64,000 nucleotides of DNA from an uncultured Pseudomonadota bacterium (lineage in GTDB: Bacteria > Pseudomonadota > Alphaproteobacteria > UBA9219), in assembly GCA_903919315.1 (NCBI GenBank), contig CAIXHP010000014.1:296-64295 (forward strand), read 5' to 3'. The notes below the pieces were generated by a model. The model worked only from the letters and a program-made list of their open reading frames with translations, made no database searches and was not told where the DNA came from. Positions 59,665 to 64,000 of the stretch are shown here, piece after piece. Position 1 is the first letter of the stretch, and each line of letters begins with the position of its first letter. Both the position numbers and the translations under genes were made by a program.

Positions 59665-61017
59665 TTATTCCTTGTCTTTCTCATCGCGCGGCGCAAGCGG
59701 CTGACTCCAGAAGGGGGGCAGGGGCGTTGTCCATGACTCTGCGTTTTCCTTGCTTGCGTTGCCCGCGTCCGTCAGGGCGGGAATCCCGATCAGCGTCGCG
59801 CCGCGCCACAGACCCGGAAGCGTGCTTCGTGCGCGGCCTTGAGGAACCTGCTTGCGCAACTTTGGGGCCAAGCGGTCGAGGGTTGCATGCTCCTGCGGGC
59901 CGAGCGCCCGGACTTCGAGATTATGCGCCGCTGAATGGGGCGACAGTGTGACGCGCCAGCGCCCATCCCAAACCACGGTTCCGCCCGGCGCGAGGGGCTG
60001 GCGGTCGGTGACGCTGGCGGGCTCTCGAAGGAGGGTGATGTGGGCTGCGTCGCGGCTGACAATGACCCCATAAAGGGTGTGGGCTTTCATCGCGTTGCCG
60101 CTTTGCAGCGCCGCGACAAGCGGCAGGAGCGCGGCGCGTTCCGGTGGGTAGTCGTCCTTGTGCAGATAGGCAAGACAGGCGCTTAACGCTTTGATGGCAA
60201 TGGCTTTTGGCGCTTCGTCGAAGGCGGCGGTCTGGAGCAGGATGCGGCCCCCCCTGTCCGGTTTTACGGCGGTGCGCAGCAGGGTTTCGGTGGCGTGATC
60301 GAGCGCGTCTTTCGCCTCCTGCGCCCGTTCGCCGAGGTCGATCAGGCGGTCGATGGTCAGGCCTTCGGCGGCCAAAAGGGGAAGAACTTGCCGTAACCGT
60401 CCACGGGCGTATTTCGTCGCGCTGTTTGAAGGGTCGGTGACATAGGGGATGTTGGCCGCTTCGCAGGTGGCGATCAACCGCGCCTTGGGGATGGCGAGGA
60501 GGGGGCGCAGCAGGCTCACGCCGTTCCGGGTCGTTGTCGCGGCCATGCCCGCCAGACCGTCGATACCGCTGCCTTTGGCGAGGCGCATCAGGACGGTTTC
60601 CGCTTGATCCTCGCGCTGGTGCGCCAGCAGGAGCGTCGCGATGCCGTGGCGGCGGCAGGCGTTCAGCAGCAGGTCGTAACGTGCCTGTCGGGCGGTTGCG
60701 TGGATGCGTGTGGTGACGGGCGGGTGATTCCAGCGCAGGATTTCCGCCGGAATGCCCAGCGCGGCGAGCCGTTGCCGCACCGTTTTGGCCTCGTCGCCGG
60801 ATTCGGGGCGCAGTTGGTGGTCGACGATAAAGGCAATGATGCCCTTTGTTTCATTGTGGTTGTCGGCGCGGGTTTTTGCCCATCTTTGCGCGCACCACGC
60901 CAGCGCCATGCTGTCGGGGCCGCCGGATACCGCGATGGCGATAGGCTGCGGCACGGCGGGCATCAGCGCGGCGAATTCTTCTGGCGCGAGCGGCGCGGCG
61001 CTGGGGTGTGGCTTCAT
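59665..61017 (-). CDS. tilS: tRNA(Ile)-lysidine synthase
   Basis: PP-loop IAIAVSGGPDSMALAW. tilS-ftsH synteny. The start is set at MKPHPSAAPL. Confidence 0.9.
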   Translation of the reverse strand: MKPHPSAAPLAPEEFAALMPAVPQPIAIAVSGGPDSMALAWCAQRWAKTRADNHNETKGIIAFIVDHQLRPESGDEAKTVRQRLAALGIPAEILRWNHPPVTTRIHATARQARYDLLLNACRRHGIATLLLAHQREDQAETVLMRLAKGSGIDGLAGMAATTTRNGVSLLRPLLAIPKARLIATCEAANIPYVTDPSNSATKYARGRLRQVLPLLAAEGLTIDRLIDLGERAQEAKDALDHATETLLRTAVKPDRGGRILLQTAAFDEAPKAIAIKALSACLAYLHKDDYPPERAALLPLVAALQSGNAMKAHTLYGVIVSRDAAHITLLREPASVTDRQPLAPGGTVVWDGRWRVTLSPHSAAHNLEVRALGPQEHATLDRLAPKLRKQVPQGRARSTLPGLWRGATLIGIPALTDAGNASKENAESWTTPLPPFWSQPLAPRDEKDKE

Positions 61018-61132
61018 GTTGCTCTTCGTTCCGTTTCGCCGTAAATTGTGACGCGCTTTTTCACAAAGCGCAAATCTTGTTCCCGCAACGGCGGGCTTTC
61101 CCGGCGGGAGGCTCAAACCGAAAGTTTCGCTC

Positions 61133-61915
61133 ATGAGCTTTGACGACGATACGATCAACAGCGGCCATCCATCAAGCCTCGGTCTTGTCGCGGCGGCGTG
61201 CGTTTTGGCGCTGGGGCTGGGCGCGGGCGGCTATTTCTTTGGGACGGCGCTGGATCGCGGCTTTGAGCGTTTGCACAAGCCGCACACCGTCTCGGTCAAG
61301 GGGTTGGCGGAACGGGCGGTGAAGGCCGATCTCGCGTTGTGGCCGTTGCGCTTTGTGGCGACGGGCAGCGATCTCGCGGCGGTGCAGATGAAGATCGATG
61401 CGGATATGAAGGCCGTGACGGCTTTTCTGAAGGAGCAAGGCTTGTCGCCGGAGGAGGTCATCGTCGGGCGCACCGATGTGGTGGACAAGCTCGCCAACGA
61501 ATACGGCGAGGAGAAGAACAACGATAACCGTTTTATCCTTTACGCCAATGTGATGATCCGCTCCGCCAACGTCGACGCCGTGCAGACGATCAGTCGCCGG
61601 ATCAGCGAGTTGGTGAAATCGGGCGTTGTGTTCACGGCGGCGGGCGCGGGGCGCGCTTCGTTGTCGCCGTACTTTCTGTTCACAAAGCTGAATGACGTTA
61701 AGCTGGACATGCTGGCCGAAGCCACGCGCAACGCGCGCGCGGCGGCCGAGCAATTCGCGCATGACGCTAGCGTGCCGCTTGGAACGCTGGTTGAGGCCAA
61801 TCAGGGGGTTTTCAGCATTCTTCCCGGCGATCCTATCCCCGACGCGAGCGAGGATACGCAGGTCAACAAGACTGTGCGCGTCGTGTCCACGGTGCAATAC
61901 GCGGTGGGCGGGTAA
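61133..61915 (+). CDS. SIMPL (DUF541)-like periplasmic/membrane-anchored protein
   Basis: N-terminal TM helix (LGLVAAACVLALGLGAGGYFF), then VSVKGLAERAVKADLALWPL...AFLKEQGLSPEEV, typical of SIMPL proteins. By eye only. Confidence 0.68.
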   Translation: MSFDDDTINSGHPSSLGLVAAACVLALGLGAGGYFFGTALDRGFERLHKPHTVSVKGLAERAVKADLALWPLRFVATGSDLAAVQMKIDADMKAVTAFLKEQGLSPEEVIVGRTDVVDKLANEYGEEKNNDNRFILYANVMIRSANVDAVQTISRRISELVKSGVVFTAAGAGRASLSPYFLFTKLNDVKLDMLAEATRNARAAAEQFAHDASVPLGTLVEANQGVFSILPGDPIPDASEDTQVNKTVRVVSTVQYAVGG

Positions 61916-61927
61916 ACTTCGACGCGG

Positions 61928-62683
61928 CTACAACACGCCCAGCATGCTGGCCACCAACGGATGGCGGACGATGTCGTGGTCGGTCAGGCGCACCACGCCG
62001 ATGCCCGGAACCGGTTCGAGCCTACGCGTGATTTCCGACAGCCCGGACATGCCCTGCAGCAAATCGCTTTGATCCGGGTCGCCGGTTAGCACCATCGTCG
62101 AGTGCCAGCCGAGGCGCGTCAGCAGCATTTTGATCTGGTTGTAGGTGCAGTTCTGCGCTTCGTCGATCACCACAAAGGCGTTGTTGAGCGTGCGACCCCG
62201 CATATAGCCGATGGGCGCGATTTCAATCGCGCCGTCGGCCAGCATTTGTTTCAGCCGTTTGCTGCCCAACCGGTCGTTGAGCGCGTCGTACAGCGGCCGC
62301 AGGAACGGCGCCATCTTTTCGTGCATGTCGCCGGGCAGAAAGCCGATGGTTTCGCCCGCTTCGATCGCCGGACGCGACAGCACGATGCGATCCACGCGCC
62401 CCGCTTCCAAGGCTTCGACCGCCGCGCTGATGGCCAGATAGGTTTTGCCGGTTCCGGCGGGGCCGACGGCGATCACGAGGCTGTGCTTGGCCATGGTTTC
62501 GAGAAGCGCGGCCTGATTGGCGTTCTGCGGCTTGACCTTGCGGACGTAGCTTTGGTCGCGCCGTTCAAAGGATGGTTGATTGAGGGGATCCCATGGCGAG
62601 CCGGTCGAGTAGAGCGGCTCGATATTGTGGGCCTTGTCCGATTTGTGGTCGGACGATTCAAAGCGTGTGTGCCGTTTGCCCAT
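61928..62683 (-). CDS. phoH: PhoH-family ATPase
   Basis: QAALLETMAKHSLVIAVGPAGTGKTYLAISAAVEAL, GFLPGDMHEKMAPFLRPLYDAL, FVVIDEAQN and GDPDQSDL. Confidence 0.88.
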   Translation of the reverse strand: MGKRHTRFESSDHKSDKAHNIEPLYSTGSPWDPLNQPSFERRDQSYVRKVKPQNANQAALLETMAKHSLVIAVGPAGTGKTYLAISAAVEALEAGRVDRIVLSRPAIEAGETIGFLPGDMHEKMAPFLRPLYDALNDRLGSKRLKQMLADGAIEIAPIGYMRGRTLNNAFVVIDEAQNCTYNQIKMLLTRLGWHSTMVLTGDPDQSDLLQGMSGLSEITRRLEPVPGIGVVRLTDHDIVRHPLVASMLGVL

Positions 62684-62913
62684 TATGACCTCGCTTCGCG
62701 CCGGAACGCCGGACGCGCGTAAGCGCAGCCCCACCACGGGGCTGCGTCAAAGTGACGGTAACATGAGAAAAAGGCGAAAGAAGATTCAACGCCGCGAGCG
62801 GGGGTGGTGGGGGAGAGTGTCGACAGCCTAGGAATGGCCTAACCTCGCTTTCCCGTTCGGCCCCGGCCTGAGCCGGGGCGGGGCGCTTGGCCCCCTTGAA
62901 CCTCAGGTCAATT

Positions 62914-63906
62914 TTAGAACCGTGGGGTTAACAAAGCACTAACAAACCGTGCCGCTCGTTCCATGGCTTGTCGTTCCAGCCTGAAGGGGAGCAGGGCCGG
63001 ACCGCCCGTTCCGTTGCGGCGGGATATGCTGTCACGAAAGGTTATCTCGCGCATGCCGTCCTGCAAGCGGGAGCCGAGGCGGTTATCGGGATCCACCGTG
63101 CGATGAATAAGATCGAGAAGGCCGGGGCGTCGAAGGAGGGGCCAACCGTTCCGGAAGAATGGCTGGTTGGAGGTGATGATGACCAGCGACCTCTTTTCTT
63201 CGGGCTTGGTCATGTTGTTCTCGTGGAAGGTTGCCATTGCGCTCGCGAGGGCAAACAACTCCTTTTGGGTCAGGCCTTGTTGGTTGTTTTCGTCGGCGAC
63301 GACTGTATCCAAACGCATTCTGTCGAAGCCAAGATCGTCTACGATAAGGAGGTGGCCGTCTTTGTTCGGCATGTCTTTAAGAATCGCTGTGAATTCAGCA
63401 ATCGTCGGCCGCACGAGAACGACATCTCTCGCGTCCGGGGTGAGTGCGATTTGAACGGTCGCCGTGTGTTCGGTCGGGCATACGAACGAGTTTCCGCGAA
63501 AAAAGACGGATTCCCAACCCGCGTTGTAGGCGTGGACTCTATCGGTATTTTTCGGCAGCCAACGTAGATACCTGTCGAGGGAGCCGGGCGGGAAATGCGT
63601 GTCCTGACCGGGCATGTCCGGGGGGGTGCCCGTGGCCATGCATTTAAACGTAACGACGGATTTCCCCATAGCTACGGGATCGCTGGTGTCGAGGGGCCAA
63701 CAGATCTCGGTCTGACCGAGGTTGCTGGCGAGAATGGCTCTGTGCAACGCGAAGGCGAGATGTGATTTGCCAACCCCCGGCCCTCCCGTCAGGGCGATGA
63801 ATGAGCTGATGCGTGCCGAGCCACACCATGTCGTGGCGCCGATGTTGAGGTTTTCTGTTTGTCTGTAGCTTGGCGCTGTTAGGGCTTGGGTCAGCGGGTC
63901 GCTCAT
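62914..63906 (-). CDS. DnaC/IstB-like AAA+ ATPase with a large insert between Walker A and B (N-terminus possibly beyond the window)
   Basis: Walker A TGGPGVGKSHLAFAL, Walker B HLLIVDDLG, sensor-like VIITSNQP, and C-terminal SRLQDGMREITFRDSISRR. The same frame stays open upstream of ATG 63906 to nt 64000. Confidence 0.5.
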   Translation of the reverse strand: MSDPLTQALTAPSYRQTENLNIGATTWCGSARISSFIALTGGPGVGKSHLAFALHRAILASNLGQTEICWPLDTSDPVAMGKSVVTFKCMATGTPPDMPGQDTHFPPGSLDRYLRWLPKNTDRVHAYNAGWESVFFRGNSFVCPTEHTATVQIALTPDARDVVLVRPTIAEFTAILKDMPNKDGHLLIVDDLGFDRMRLDTVVADENNQQGLTQKELFALASAMATFHENNMTKPEEKRSLVIITSNQPFFRNGWPLLRRPGLLDLIHRTVDPDNRLGSRLQDGMREITFRDSISRRNGTGGPALLPFRLERQAMERAARFVSALLTPRF

Positions 63907-64000
63907 TTCGCGAACTCTTTGGTAGGCGAGGACGGCGTTTAGGTTGCCATCGTCAGAAACCCTAACGGGAATCCGGTCTGTATTATTTCCAAAGCCCCAG

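Noticed and set aside
62926-62937. The fourth GGTTAACAAAGC copy as a regulatory site for phoH.
   Set aside because: It lies inside the last codons of the DnaC-like ORF (encoding ..LLTPRF) and about 240 nt from the phoH start. It may be coincidental coding sequence.

Overview
High-GC bacterial chromosome segment. The gene content and synteny look alphaproteobacterial by inference: tilS-ftsH-glmM, rph-rdgB-hemW, lpoA-like/rsmI divergent pair, petAB, and groESL behind a CIRCE plus sigma32-like promoter. Most of the window is housekeeping: fadD-like ligase, COG0523 GTPase, hslVU, rpmI-rplT-pheST, groESL, recF, recX, gatB, rluD, and a GGDEF/EAL protein.

Two short repeat families are scattered through it. 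Family A is a set of modular GTCATSCCCGCGAAGGCGGGSATCC hairpins at 6 loci. Family B is a set of CCCTCCCC...GGGGAGGG hairpin/TIR units at 6 loci. Family B units sit in-frame inside pheT, form the 3' end of rluD, and bracket a DUF559 endonuclease gene inserted between an ACP gene and a KAS gene.

The observations most worth a second look:
1. A minus-strand cluster at 48.6-51.4 kb. Its largest protein joins a canonical type IV prepilin leader (G|FTLVE) to a C-terminal phage tail-fibre S74 intramolecular-chaperone domain.
2. A paralogous S74 domain at 0.7-1.0 kb, in a YadA-head-like repeat protein. That gene is broken by one in-frame TGA and ends in a sorting-signal-like hydrophobic tail.
3. A pet operon with intact-looking Rieske and cytochrome b genes. 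Its third gene is an 83-aa 'headless' cytochrome c1: signal peptide plus C-terminal anchor, no CxxCH. Cytochrome b also carries PAWY instead of PEWY.
4. A 93-nt in-frame relic of the gatB 3' end, located 8.5 kb from the real gatB.
5. A translationally coupled HTH / DUF2156-like / DUF4178-like operon.
6. Several visibly AT-rich islets containing orphan genes.

No rRNA, CRISPR array, integrase or transposase was seen. One tRNA (Lys-CUU) is present. All domain calls come from motif recognition by eye, and no searches were run.
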